A DNA stretch of 64,000 bases from Octopus vulgaris (taxonomy: Eukaryota): assembly GCA_951406725.2 (NCBI GenBank), contig OX597833.1, positions 41,726,001 to 41,790,000 on the forward strand. The letters are read 5' to 3'. The notes under the pieces were generated by a model. The model saw only the letters and a list, made by a program, of their open reading frames with translations, had not been told where the DNA came from and made no database searches. The position numbers and the translations under genes are program-made. The stretch's first letter is position 1. Every line of letters begins with the position of its first letter. This document shows, in pieces, positions 50,474-64,000 of this stretch.

Positions 50474-50702
50474 TTAACTCTTTCATTACTGTATTTCTGT
50501 TGAGATGCTCTGTATTTCTATCAATTACTTAAAATATAACAAAGAATTTAGTAAATTAAATTTATCTATCATTCTGCTAGTGTTAGGAACATAAACTGTG
50601 ACTAAGGTTTGGTGGAAGATTTTAATTCAAAACTTATGAAAACAAGGCATTGTACTACAGAGCCAGAGCCGGTTTCAGCTGGATTGGTATCAAAAGGGTT
50701 AA
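50474..50702 (+). mobile_element. TTAA MITE family A
   Basis: TTAA termini; body matches the other copies. Confidence 0.85.
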
Positions 50703-51645
50703 AGAAATAAATTACAAAAATACTATAAAAGAACATCTGGAACATAGCCTACCATTCATAAAATATGGTGTACATCAAAGTTAAAACTATAAGACAGAAC
50801 AGCTTAGCAATTTAACAAATGGCTACTTTAAAAGAAATGAACTCAATTAGATATGTAACCTCTCCTTTTCAGAATTAAAATAAATATAAAATTTAAGTGA
50901 ATTTAACAGGAAAGATTAGATTAAATGAAATAGAAATTATATTGTAAAAGATTGAAAAGTTTATCTGTATGAAATTTATTAAGGAGGCATTTTGTATTTT
51001 GTATCTATTGAGTAGAGAAGAAAATAGATTTTCTAACATTTTTTTTTCTCCTGAGAACCAGGATTGCTTCCACCAGATTTTGCCTTATTAAAAGGCCTTA
51101 AATTTGATTTGATTGTTTTCATTGCATAAAATGAAATAGCATCTGTGAAATTATAAATAGCAATGTAATGCATTAGAATTTCCACTTTGTTGGAGTTGAC
51201 TCTGACTCCAGCAGTCCAATAATTGCTTGACTCTGACTCTCTGATGCTGATTACACAGCCTTGTTTGAAACTGCTTCCCCAGCTCCATTATCACATCGTA
51301 CAGTATATGACAGCTGCAGTTGTACAGGCATGAATATCTGGATATAAATAATGTGTTGTATAGGATATGGATAGTGCAGTTGTACTGGATTTGGGTGGTG
51401 AATTGTGTTTGATTTGATTGCTGCAGTTATTCAGCACAAGGCTGCTGCAGTTGCACTTGACATGATTTTTGCTGCTGTTGTTGTTCTTCATCAACTCATA
51501 ATTACTATCTTTAAAACCTTTAACTACCACAATTCTATAATTATTGAATATTTTGTAATCTTAGCCACGAACCACCTATGTATTTATGTGTATATGTGTG
51601 TGTATATATCTATATCTGTCTGTCTATCTCTTTCTCTATCTATCT

Positions 51646-51690
<45 letters not shown>

Positions 51691-52833
51691 GTATCCGTTT
51701 AGTGTTCTGATTTATTTATACACATTGCTTTGAATTAATCACATATTATTTTGTAGCTTCAAGATTTCAATAATGTATTTCTCTATGTTGAGAATGACAT
51801 TGTAGGGTAGGTATGAGAGGTTGGATCTGGACAGTTTTAACATAAAACAGGTAGAATATTTGAGGTAGATATGGCTGGATTAAATGCTAAAGGGATATAT
51901 ATATGTTTGTATATATATATATATGTGTGTGTGTATATATGTGTGTGTGTACGTATGTGTGTATGTATATATGTGTATATATATATGTATGTATATGTGT
52001 GTATCATCATCTTCATCGTTTAATGTCCGTTTTCCATGCTATCGTGGATTAGATGGTTCGACGGGAGTCTGGGAAGCCAGGAGGCTGCACCAGGCTCCAG
52101 TCTGATCTGGCAGTGTTTCTACAGCTGGATGCCCTTCCTAACGCCAACCACTCCATGAGTGTAGTGGGTGTTTTTTATGTGCCACGAGCACAGGGGCCAG
52201 AGGAGGGTGGTAATGGCCACAATCAGTTGGTGCTTTTTACGTGCCACCGGCACGGAAGCCAGTCAAGGCGGCGCTGGCATCAACCATGTTCGGATGGTGC
52301 TTTCTACGTGCCACCGGCACGGGTATCACAACTACAATTTCCATTTGATATTTATTTTGATGTTGATGTACTTGACTCAGTAGGTCTCCTCAAGCACAGC
52401 AGGTCACCCTACGATCCAAGCTACGTTGAATGGGCTGGGGCTGGTTATGTGAAGCTGGTGTAGGATATGCCGTGATACATACATACTTGAGAAGCTTCCT
52501 TCAGTTTCTGTGTACGAAATCCACTCATAATACTTTGGTCAACCCAAAGCTCAAGTAGAAGACACTTGCTCAAGGTGCCATGCAGTGGGATTGAACCTAG
52601 AACCATGTGGTTGGGAAGCAAGCTTCTTTATGACACAGCCACGCATGCCCCTACTTATTTTAGTCATTTGAGTTTTGACATACTGGAGCATTGCCTTTAA
52701 GGATTTAGTGGATTATATTGGCCCCAGTTCTTATTTTAAGTCTGGTATTTATCATTTTGCAGTTACTGAAATACTAAGGAACATAAGCAATACTGCTCTG
52801 TTTATAGGGGTGCCAACATAGACAGATACCAAG

Positions 52834-52870
<37 letters not shown>

Positions 52871-53271
52871 CTCTCTCTCAACACACACACGTGCACACAC
52901 ACACACACTCTCTCTCTCTCTCTCTCTCTCTCAACACACACGTGCACATACACACACACACACTCATGACTTCCACACACTTTCAGGTTACCAAAATTTA
53001 CAAGGCAAGACAGTTGCTCAAGGTGCAATGGGACCGATCCTGAAACAGTGATTATGAAAACTCAATCACACAACCACGTCTGTATAATGATATTGAAAAA
53101 GAAGGAAGTCCTGTTTCTTTATCAAATTATTGTAATGGGAGAATTTATAGGAAGCATAGTGGGGTGTGTAAACTATATTCAGCAAAACAGGTACGGTCAA
53201 TCAGCAAGTTAGCCTTAATTTGTTCCAGTAAGATGAACATCCTGGTTTGAGATTCATTATTCCTCTGGATA

Positions 53272-53790
53272 TATAATAATAATAATAATGAAATTATTGT
53301 ATACAGTACTCAGGTGCACCACAACTTGTCAAAAAGTGCATATAAAGCATATGCAGTAATGTACAAATGTCTGGGAAATGAACAGTGTATGAGTCAGATA
53401 CATGCTTGCGTGTGTATGGAGGGGAGAAAATCAGGTGTAGTGTTGGCGAATCTCAGGAAGCACAGAAGTTTTGAAGGATGCAGTGCTCCGACAACTAACA
53501 ACTGATGCCGGCAGTTTGTTCCATACTTCAGCAACTCTTAGCGTGAAAAAATGTTTCCGAAAGTCATTGGAGCAGTGCTGTTTTCTGACTTTGTAAACAT
53601 GTCCACGAGTGTTAGACAGGTGGAGTTTGAAAAGGTGCTCAGAGTTATTGTTAGTAAGATGGTTAATAATTTTATGGGTGTCTGCCAAGTCAGCTGCCAG
53701 ACATCGGTGTTTCAGTGTATCCATGCCCAGGGAAGTAAGGCGTTCAGAATATGGCAAATGCCTGATGGATGGTATGATTAGGTTATTCTG
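53272..53790 (-). mobile_element. CR1 LINE 3' end (family 1)
   Basis: ORF 53431..53757: PYSERLTSLGMDTLKHR...SNTRGHVYKV...RVAEVWNKLP; (ATT)n tail. Confidence 0.88.
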
Positions 53791-54706
53791 TTTTGCTTCA
53801 GTGATCTACTAGAATCTAGTTTAATGATATTTAACCTTGTTTGATCCACAACACAAGCTTTGCATTGCACCCTTAACATAAGTGAAAATGTAGCAATGTA
53901 TGTTTTATAGCCCCTTACTTCTGACCCCCAGAATATTTCATTAGAAAAATTGTCAAGAATGGGTTCTATTGAAATGCATTGCATTTATTTCAAATAAATT
54001 TTTTAAATAATGAAGAACTTAGCAGAAGAACTTTACCAGTATTAATCTGGTGTTTGGAACAGAAATTAACAGAAAATTTTGATGGAAGGTTTCCATTTAG
54101 ATAATTTTAAAAATGTGAATTTTCTATCAGAAGCAGGGATGGTCTCAGGTGAGTTAAGGAAAAGTGGGGTGATAATGAGGTAGCCAAAAGGGGACAATGG
54201 ATGTAAAAGCAAGCAAAATGATGGGTTAGTTAGGTTAAGTTTTATTTGTGAAATACTGCTGTTTTGAATTTGTTGCAGAAAATGGTTTGTTCGAGGAGGT
54301 GATGGGGAAGCATGAGGGGGCAGGAATACAAGGAATGTAGCCTAGGTGCCAAAGGGGTGGTAGCTTGAAAAAGTTTGGGAACCACTGAACTAGATTAAAA
54401 ATGAAAAATTTGGGGTTTAACCCCTCCAAGTTCTTGATTACTATCAAAATTAATTGAAACATAGGCTTTGTTTTTGAATAGAAATGTGGCCATGAAAGTG
54501 TTGAGCAGAAATGGAAATGCAGTAATACATGATGTCAGGGTATATGTGTCCATAAATCCTGACATCAGAGCTCTGGAATATTTCATTAGGAAAATAATAG
54601 AGAAAGGCTTGAATTAATAGAACAGGTTCTTTTTACAAGTTTCTTTTGTTTCTGCTTATTTTTTTTTATTAATAATATATCTGTATTTTTTGTTTTTCTT
54701 TTTTAG

Positions 54707-54813
54707 ATGATCACAGTCGTATAATATTAGATGTCAATAATGGTTGTGGAGATTATATTAATGCAAATCTCATCGAAATTAGCAAGGCAAACCGGAGATA
54801 TATCCTCACACAG
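54707..54813 (+). CDS. PTPN1: PTPN1/PTPN2-like coding exon (equivalent to PTPN1 exon 3)
   Basis: ttttag acceptor. (Y)DHSRIILDVNNGCGDYINANLIEISKANRRYILTQ contains the DHSR, DYINA and YILTQ motifs and is in frame with the previous exon. The donor is non-canonical CAG|gcaag. Confidence 0.93.
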
Positions 54814-56094
54814 GCAAGAATATTTCTTTAGACTGCTTAGCCTTTTGTTTTTCCAGTCTCTTGTAATTTTCTCTCAGTATTAATTCAAAATCTTTGAAAG
54901 CTGTTGAAATTGTATTCCATCTGTGTGTGTTTGTTTTCAAGCTTTAATCAAAGCAGGAAGGCTAATGGCCATCACCTTTTTGCAAGTATTCAGAGACTGT
55001 TGTTTGGATGAATAAGCAATGATTGATGGCTTGCTGCAGTAGAAAGTTGGGTAGCAGCACACGGTATTATCAAGTTAGCCTCAAACCATAGAACTGATCT
55101 GAATGCTTGCAACAAAGTGGAATCTGCAAGATGCACCAAAGGTGGTACTCTTAAATTGGATGGTGGATTAGAGCTACCCTTGAAGAACAGGTTCAGTTCA
55201 ACAGTCTTCTGCTCATTTTTCATCTCCCGATTTCACTCAGAAGGCTTTGGTTGATTCAAGATTGTGGTACAAAACACTTGCCCAAAATTCTACACAGTGG
55301 GATTGAATCCAGAACCATGTGATTGCAAAGCAAACATCTTAATATCATGACCATGCCTATACCTTCAGGTTTTGTCAATAGTACTGGACTACAAACTGAA
55401 GGACTGAAGGGTTTGTAGTTCATATCCTGATATTGCCTTCTATCCATGAAAGAAGAAAATTCTAACTTATTAACTCTGAATGGTAAAACTGGGAAGTTGC
55501 AGTTCATTGATAAAAGTGGAAAGAACACTGTGGTGGTGAGTTCATGTCCTTCCAAGGGACACAGTAATTACAAGATCCTGATATCCAGTGTAAGTACCTT
55601 TGAAATCAACAGTATCCTCAGAAGTTCAATTTCTTTATAGTACTTCCAGTGGGATAAAGTTTACAAATATTAAATATTACAATCATATCTTCTTTTTGGC
55701 CCTATGGTCATCCAGTCATTCTGTTGTCTAGAATAAATGTTTGTCTTCTAACTCAACATAAGAAGTTAAATTGTGCTCCAGTGAACAGCCCTGATGGACA
55801 CTAATTGGACTCCAATGAGGAGCCCCAAATGTCTAGCAAGACTATTTATTGTTCATTAAACAATTTTTTTTTCTAAGGTATAAACATACTCATCATGTTT
55901 GTAGACTTCTCAGCTTGGAAAGAGTGATGCAATTTGATGCCTAGATGTAAATTTGCAATAGTGAATCAGTTAAGGACATCCAAAGACTATGTACTGATGT
56001 TAAAGTGTCTTGCTAGGCCTGCGAACCATGTATTAAAAAAAGCACTAAATTTTCATTACATCATAGTGAAGATTAATTTAACTAAAAATATTCG

Positions 56095-56230
56095 AGTGAT
56101 GGGATTACTGTAGCCCTGTATGCATGAGGGGGTTGCTGTAGCACCATATGAGTGACAGGATTGCTGTGACACTGCATAAGCAATGGGGTTGCTACAGTGC
56201 TGCATGAGTGATGGGGTCACTGCAGCGCGA
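56095..56230. repeat. Degenerate ~27-bp minisatellite, about 5 units
   Basis: Recurrent (CAT)GAGTGATGGGRTTGCTGTAGC-like units. Confidence 0.6.
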
Positions 56231-57527
56231 CACAAGGAAGTCAATTTCATTGACCTTATTTACTCAGTTGCTACTTGTTTTATCAACCCTGAAAAGATGA
56301 GAGGTGAAGTTAATCATGGCAGCATTTGAACTCAAATGTAATGAATTAGAAGAAATACTACTAAGCATTTTGTCTAAAAAGCTAACAATTCTGCCAGCTC
56401 ACAGCTCTAATAATAATATAATGATGATGATTTCTAACATAGGCATGAGGTTTCACATTCTAGGGAAAGTTTATATGGTTGATTAAATCATCATCTTCGG
56501 AACTAGATTGGAACTTATTTTATTGACCCCAGAAGGATGAGAGTCAACCCCATTGTGCACTTAAACTTGGAATGTAAAAGGATTGTGAATAAATGTTGCA
56601 AAACATTTTGTACAGCTGTCTATTGATTTTTGCAATTCAACAGTAAAAAAAAAAAAGCATTTTGTCCTGCAGTCTACCGACACTGCCATCATACAGTGAA
56701 AAACATTAAAATTTTTTCCTCTAATTTTTCTTTCTTTTTTTTTTTTTTATTTTTCTCACCCAAAATAATTGTACTTGTGAAAAGCCTTTGTTTTTAATAT
56801 TCTTGGCTCAACAAAGACATTTTAAATCATCAACTAGCCACAGTTAGCTAATTTGTGAAAACATTAATTCTAACAAGGTTACTATTGTTTACTGTTGACT
56901 TTCATCTTGTACAATAGCCTCATTAATGAATATCACTGCACTTAAGGGAGAAGGAGAAACAAAAGAGGAAAACAATAGTAAAAAAAAATTTATATAATCA
57001 TCATCATTATTTTTATGTCTTTTTTTGTCCATGTGGTTTTTTGAGGCAGTATTCTACAGCCTGATACTGCATGGCTTATTAGTTACAGTATTCGCAGTAC
57101 TTGACCCATGATCAGAAGGTTGTGAGTTTGATTCCTAGAGGTGTGTTGTGTCCTTCAGCAATGCACTTTATTTCACATTGCTCCAATCCGCTCAGCTGGT
57201 AAAAACGAGTTGTACTGATATTTCAAAGGGCCTGCCTTGTCACATTCTGTGTCATGCTGAATCTCCCTGAGAACTACATGGAGTGCTCAACCACTTGCAC
57301 GTTAATTTCTTGAGCAGACTGATTCATTGACTGGATCAGCAGGAACTCTCATCATTGTAATCAATGCAGTGCCATTCAATATCCTTCCTGTTAATCTTTC
57401 CTTCTTCTCAAGCACTGTACTTTAACCCGTGTTTTTGCTTGTAAAACTGCTGAGCTACTGGACTTATTTGTTTATACAGGACATAAACGTTACTACTTCC
57501 CAAGCAGCGTTGGTGCAAAGGCGCGCG

Positions 57528-57605
<78 letters not shown>

Positions 57606-57855
57606 CTCTCTCTCTCTCTCTCTCCAGTTTGTGCTTATCAGATTTCATTTACAAGTTGTTGGTCAACCTATGTTCATAAAAGGCATTTATCCAAATGGCT
57701 GTACAGTAGGATCAAAACCATATCTATGTAGCAGCAAGCAGCCTTCTTAATCATATAGGCATTTTTACACAGATGCACACCTGCATACACACACAGGTAC
57801 AATATATATTATGTTATATATATATATTGAGAAATATACTTTGTAACTGTGTACC

Positions 57856-57892
<37 letters not shown>

Positions 57893-58455
57893 CCATTGCA
57901 TCCAATAATGCATTGCACAAATAATGTTAGATATAATATTGTATTTGAGATGTTACATGCACACACACACACGCAATATTTTAATCACTTAGTCCTTTCC
58001 AGATTATCATTCCTTTTTGCCAGATGGACCATTGCCAGCCCATTCAATCGGAATACCTGCCCTTATCCATTGCAAACAGTAACTCTTGTCTTTGGGAATC
58101 TGAGAGGTCCACCTTTTAGGCAGTCTGCAACATGATCTGGGGTTTGGGAAGTCTTGGCAGAATGTCAGCACTGTGCAGTTATTAGGTGGCCCTCTTATTA
58201 CCTGGCCAGATACTTGGCAGATGAAAATATAATAATAATAAGCCTTTCTATTATTGGCACAAGGCCTGAAATTTTGTGGGAGGGTACTAGTTGATTACAT
58301 CGATCCCAGTGTTTCACTGGTACTTTAATTTATCGACCCCGAAAGGATGAAAGGCAAAGTCGACCTTGGCAGAATTTGAACTTAGAACATAAAGACAGAT
58401 GTAATATTACTAAGCATGTTGCCTAGCATGCTAACAATTCTGCCACCTTGCTGCC

Positions 58456-58491
<36 letters not shown>

Positions 58492-58596
58492 CAACAACAA
58501 TAATAATCCATTCTACTATAGGCACAAGGCCTGAAATGTTTGGGGAGGATTCTAGTTGATTATATCAACCCCAGTGTTTCACTGGTACTTAATTTA

Positions 58597-58965
58597 TGGT
58601 GGGTGTGGAAGTAATCCCATGTTTTTTGGCAAGAAACTGATGAGGGGAGCTCTGTGATGGTACATTGTCATTGTGAAGAATCCAATTCTTCATGCTCCAC
58701 AGATCCAGACACTTTTCACCAAATGCTTCAAAACATTGTTGAATGTCCTCTGACGATTCTCATGCACAAGCTGATGAATTTTCTCTGTATTTCCAGGGGT
58801 GATGCTCATGGAAGGTCTTCCGCTTTTGAAGCACCTGTACCCCTTGAAACATTTTGTATGACCCCTTGTTGCTGTAAGTTTGCTGAAGCATGCTCAATGT
58901 CTCTGTAGCAGACTTCCCAAGTTTAATAAAAAAAATTACACGTTGGTTCTTTGTTCCAACTTCTT
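58597..58965 (-). mobile_element. Internally deleted mariner relic
   Basis: Minus strand: EQRTNV..IKLGKSATETLSMLQQTY (mariner N-terminal HTH), and WILHNDNVPSQ...LLPHPP. Confidence 0.7.
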
Positions 58966-59247
58966 GTCCGTGATAGTATTATGTAAAATAGATTTATGTT
59001 GAATAATGATGAAACAATTCTAAATGAAATATTAAAAATGATTTACTAACTTCATTCTCATACCCACTATTTTATGAGTTAAACAGTTATGTCAAATATT
59101 GCAAAAGTGTGAGAAGATCCCTTCACTCTGAGACAGAAATGGTTAATGATCTATTTGAATTAGGAACTCAACGCAAAAGACTTATGTTATATGAAACATC
59201 CATAATAAAAAGATTAAAGTTGGACACATTTTTAATGTAATGTGCAT

Positions 59248-59283
<36 letters not shown>

Positions 59284-59387
59284 TCTCTACCCACTCCCCC
59301 TCTTTTGAATTAAAGTCATTCTGGCTATACTGCAGCAGTTTTTGTTGAAGATATTATTTTCTTAATATTTTGTGTCTTTTTGTTCAG

Positions 59388-59486
59388 GGTCCTTTGGAAA
59401 ACACAGTTGGCCAGTTTTGGCAAATGGTCTGGGAACAGAACACTATGGGTATTGTTATGCTCAATAGAATTATGGAAAAAGGAACT
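59388..59486 (+). CDS. PTPN1: PTPN1/PTPN2-like coding exon (equivalent to PTPN1 exon 4)
   Basis: ttcag acceptor, gtaagt donor. [33 protein letters not shown] (GPL, FWxMVWEQ, IVMLN motifs); 99 nt, phase 0-0. Confidence 0.95.
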
Positions 59487-60496
59487 GTAAGTGTTGTATT
59501 TGAAAATGTATCTTGATTTCTGTGTAAGATCTATTTCTAGAGTCTCTTTTGAAAGTCTGTTTATAGTGCATTACATGGATTAAAAAAAACAATTCTGTAT
59601 GGTTCAAAGAACCTCATTGCTTACCAAAATTTTCTACATAAATGCAAAGGCATTGAAGTGTATGTAGCGTTCCTTTATGTCTTGTTTCTTAGTGGTTCAA
59701 CAAATAGAGATTGACAAAATGAATATCAGACTGATATAAGTATAGAGGGACAATGTCAATATGATCGACTAAAATCTTTAAAGACAGTATCCTATTATAA
59801 CTGCAGTCAAAGGACTGAAATTAGTAAAAGAATGCAAATAAGACTTCTGTTACATTTTCATTGGGCCTTGTGCAGCCTTCCGGCCTCCCAGACACCAGTT
59901 GAACCGTCCAACCCATGCTAGCATGGAAAGCGGATGCTAAATGATGATGATGATGATGAAGTAAGCTTCTCCTCAATCTGTATAAATAGCTTTTTAAAAC
60001 CTGAAGACTGGTGATATACAGATCTAAGTTTCAATGACCAGATGTCCAGTTCAGAAAGTGATGTGGAATAATTAAGTAGATAAATTATCTCTTAAGAATT
60101 TTATTATTTCTATTAAATCTTCCATTTTAATTCCAGAAGTTACCATCTGTAAATTAGCAAGTTCACTTTCTGTGAAACTTGAGATTATCTTTTTCCTCTC
60201 TCATACTGTAAGTGGAATGCTCAAAAGAAAGAAGTGAGTAAAACTTCTTGCGATAAGTCTAGAATCCTATGCAGGAGAAGATTTCTTTCTCATCAACTTA
60301 GTATTACAGAAACTAGAGTTGAGTGTTAGTGATCTTGGTGGCCTGAAAAAAATGTTAGTTTTTACTAATTAGTAAATCAACATCATCATCATTGCTATCC
60401 TCATCATCATAGATTTTCCTAATAAGTAAATCAACATCATTATCGCTATCCTTATCATTTCATTTAATACATTTCGTTTCCTTTTTCATGTTGAAG

Positions 60497-60646
60497 GTCA
60501 AATGTCATCAATACTGGCCACCAGGTTCCAAACATGGCTATGACGAAGACTTGACATTTTCTGATTCTGGTTTCAAAGTAGTTCTGTTAAAAGAAGAGGA
60601 AAATGAACATTATATTGTCCGATCTTTAAGATTGTGGAACCTTAAT
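60497..60646 (+). CDS. PTPN1: PTPN1/PTPN2-like coding exon (equivalent to PTPN1 exon 5); gene continues beyond the window
   Basis: aag acceptor, gtaagt donor. VKCHQYWPPGSKHGYDEDLTFSDSGFKVVLLKEEENEHYIVRSLRLWNLN (KCxxYWP motif); 150 nt, phase 0-0; lies within ORF 60488..60817. Confidence 0.92.
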
Positions 60647-62072
60647 GTAAGTACACTCCTTGATATCAATAATAATAATAATGGGTTGTTGTTGATTGAT
60701 ATCATTTTTTTTTTTTTTTACAAAGTACCTTGTATTTTCTTGTATAAATTATTGCTAGAATATATTGTGTGTCTCACTATCTTTTTGCAGGCAATGACAA
60801 ATGACCAAGACCTTTAGCGATTTTATGTGCTTGAGAATACACATCAAGCTAACTGAAATTGTAGTTGTCACCAGTGCCAGTGACTCATGAAAGGCATTCA
60901 TGCCAGTGACATGAAAAAGGCATCCGCTACACTCTGTGGAGTGGTTAGCATTCGGAAGGATTCAAGCTATAGAAACCATGCCAAAAGAGACAATTGGTGC
61001 CTGGTGCAGCTCTCTGGCTTGCCAGCTTCTGTCAAATCATCCAACCCATGCCAGCTTGGAAAACAGGTGATAAATGATGGCATGCTGGCATGGATGGCTG
61101 AGTCTCTTAGCATCTGACCACTCCTTGTGATCCTTAATCATCCAGTACACACAGCATCAGAGGACCTGTCCACATTGTAGTTGTGATTTTTTCATGTTAT
61201 TTTTATTATGGCTGGGTATCCTTCCCATCATCAACCACTTTACAGCTTGGGCTGACTGCATTTTATTGACACTGACACAAGTGAAGCCATCTGAAACAGC
61301 TCTGAGATGCCTCTTCTACCTTTGTCAGTTCTTATTTGCAGTTACTATCTTCCAAGATGGGTCACCTGTGGTCACTCAGCAGTGTCCATGTCTCATTAGT
61401 TTGTTTGTTTCTTTTGTCTGGCATGATTTTCACAGTTGGTTGCTTTTCCAATCACAAACCATTTCACAGCATCAATTGAATGGACTCACTATGCCACTAG
61501 CACAAGAAACACCGTCTTCCAGGACTAAAGTATTTCCTTTACACTATCATTTAAGTTGTCAATATGAACCCTTGTTAGAAGCATAATGGCAAACTGATAG
61601 AAAGTTGTCTCTTTTGTGGGAGAGGGGCAGAGACAAAAAGTTGGGGTCCTTAGTGTGGCAGGCTGCTGCTGGTCCCATTGCATTAGGGCGAAGGTGGGAC
61701 GTTTTAGATCTCAAGTAGAGTTTATGTTGGTATTTGAACCTAGTAATGCCAGCTATTAGGGAAGCTGGTAGGAGTGTGATGGTCAGAGCCAATGTTGTCA
61801 AGATGGTTGGAATATATTAGCCTGTTCCTGTAGACATGTAATGCTATCTGACTGGTTTCATGTGCACACACAGCAGCATAGTAAAAGAAAAGAAATTCAA
61901 GGTTTTACTTTTGAATCTTGACCTCCTTGTTGCTGTTTGATCCTGTGCCTGTGTTCCTGAGCCATTTGAGCCCGGTTATGACAGGGATTAGCAGCAAGGC
62001 TGTATATGATACAATTTCTACATTGTGATTTGGCTATAAAGCTTGCAAACTTTATATGTACTTACCAATGCT

Positions 62073-62330
62073 TTAGTGCCAATGTTCCACCATGTTGCAC
62101 CTGTCAGGCCAGCATGTGGAATTCCACTTAATGCACAGGTAGCGTTTGCACTCAGAACAAGGAACTGAAGACTTGACAGCTTTCACAGAATAGTATTTGT
62201 TATCCACATTGGGGTTTTTCCTTTTGAATTTATTGTAATTGTATGAGCAAACATCACACAAATGATTAGTGGAGCCATCCTCATGTATCTCCCAATGGTG
62301 CAGTTCAACGTTTCAATTTGGAGTCAAGCA
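62073..62330 (-). mobile_element. Probable piggyBac-type transposase C-terminal Cys-rich relic
   Basis: LCDVCSY...KSSVPCSECKRYLCIKWNSTCW gives CxxC...CxxCxxxLC...C spacing; no upstream DDD frame recognised. Confidence 0.5.
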
Positions 62331-63744
62331 TGTGCTTCATTTTTTTTTCTCTGGATTCCCGGTGGGCTACACTATTTCTGTTCTCGCTTGCCAAATCCAG
62401 AGCAATTCTCATCCAGAAATTTTCAGTTCTACTACTTAGCATTTTCTAGATAATGTCTGGAATGATTTGGGGCTCATAATTTGAGACATCAAATGGGCTT
62501 GTTCCAATAGTGCACTGTCTTTGCTGGCATTCAATTTTGTAGTGGTATGCCCTCTTTTTGCTCCATTAGATTCATTTACTGAATCATTTTCGCTGTCACT
62601 GTCTTCATGGCCTGTGTTTGTTATCATCAGAAATAGATTGCAAGTCCCTACCAGGGTAATCTGCATCATTTTTGGCATCTAATTCACTGAATTCATCCAA
62701 TGTATTCAGCACTTGACTGGCTTCTGGCTCTTGTGTTTTGATCCTGTTGGTCTAGGTTAATTTTCACACACTAGAACTCGTTTCATTGTGAAATTTCTCT
62801 CTATTTCCGCAAGAACATGCTAGCGAAACAAGATATATTGTCTTACTTTCGAATGTAACAGACGTTCTGATTATACGTTCTTACTATACTGGCGTTACAA
62901 GCTCTGAGAACCAACCATTCGTGGGTAGGGGAGCATAAGACAGAATGGTGTGGTTTCAAGGTGATGTAACTGCCACTACAGTCAGATTTACCTGTCTCAT
63001 TGATCTGTCAGATTATTGCAGTGGGGAACTATGGATTTTGCTATGTGCAAAGGTGAGAATGGGTGACTGATATTTCAGTTGTATATGGATTGCTTCTTTG
63101 CTGTTAGACTATTACAAATGTACATCTATACTACTACTAGCATTACTATCACTACATTTACTTCTATTACTGGTACAAACCATTTTTTGCCTATGGACCC
63201 CTTTGATTTTCATTTTACTCAGATGGACCCTTGTAGCCATTTGATGTTTAAAAATTTTATTACACTTTCATAATAGAATATTATTATATAAAAAAAATTA
63301 AGTATTTTGTGTATTTTAGAACTATAAGCAATTTATTGCACATAATTTATAACAACAAAATCTTATTTGGACCCTGGTTTAGAATCCTTGATGTAGATTA
63401 ATGGTGTGGAGCTAATATGTAATAGTAAATGGATTATTATTCGTAAAGTGTTGAATGTGATATGTGTTTATGTTCTGAGTTCAAATCCTGCCATCCATTT
63501 AGCCTTTTATACTTCTGAGGTTGATAAAATTTATTACTGGAATTCATATAACTGACTATATCTAACAACTAGTGGTCCTGTGAATAAGTAAAAGAAGAGA
63601 AATTTCATTCTTTATAGTTGTTTTCAACCGAAAATGTGGTAAAATATGTTGAAGGCATTCAATGGTAAGAAACTCTCAAGAAAGCTGAACAGAGAAGAAA
63701 CCTTGCTCGGGCAAGTGTTTTGGGGGCCCAGTGGCATCTTGGGT

Positions 63745-64000
63745 GTCCTTCAAGCATTTGTCTTATGAAGAAAGGCTGAATACGCTTGACCTTTATTCCC
63801 TCGAAAAACGCTGCCGCCGTGGTGACCTCATTCGTGCTCACAACATCATAAGCGGAAAGTGTAACCTCTCGAAAGAGCTGTTCTTCACTCCTGCTCCAGA
63901 GTGTCGGCTGCGGGGTCACTCCGAAAAGCTCTATCTGCGATGATTTCATCTCATTCGAAGGAGAGGGGTTTTCTCCGTCCGGGTTGCGGATCCGTGGAAT
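63745..64000 (+). mobile_element. CR1 LINE 3' region (family 2), runs off the window
   Basis: LSYEERLNTLDLYSLEKRCRRGDLI...LRGHSEKL; close match to 42672-42920. Confidence 0.87.

Larger units (their letters stand above)
49771..51263. mobile_element. Old non-autonomous hAT-like element hosting later insertions
   Basis: Ends CAGGGTTGT...ACAGCCTTG with a perfect 8-bp TSD TTTGAAAC (49763-49770, 51264-51271) and GACTCTGACTC subterminal repeats. Confidence 0.7.

Noticed and set aside
51291-51530. Gln/Cys-rich minus-strand stretch with recurring GTACAACTGCA
   Set aside because: In-frame stops, no splice signals or recognisable domain; low complexity.
60647-60817. Extension of ORF 60488..60817 past the exon
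   Set aside because: Read-through into the intron after a consensus GTAAGT donor; PTP similarity stops at NLN.

Overview
AT-rich, repeat-dense animal genomic DNA. The SINE, LINE and MITE repertoire and microsatellite load resemble an octopod cephalopod (Octopus-like); this is an inference. The one host gene I can support is a + strand non-receptor protein tyrosine phosphatase of the PTPN1/PTPN2 (PTP1B/TC-PTP/Ptp61F) type. Four exons are present (46650-46758, 54707-54813, 59388-59486, 60497-60646), with intron positions matching vertebrate PTPN1 exons 2-5 and one GC-AG intron. The first coding exon and the catalytic WPD/HCSAG exons were not found. The rest is intronic or upstream DNA containing several tRNA-derived SINE families, RTE and CR1 LINE 3' fragments, two TTAA piggyBac-type MITE families, Tc1, mariner, maT, hAT, Helitron and piggyBac relics, and several local duplications. 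The most unusual signal is a set of short, mostly (TA)n-anchored, often fold-back elements resembling Penelope pseudo-LTRs that carry minimal type I hammerhead ribozyme motifs. Across families the core 3:8 pair appears as canonical C3:G8 and as swapped G3:C8 and U3:A8, and both swapped families have an extra G after A9. Most ORFs in the supplied track are microsatellite artefacts.
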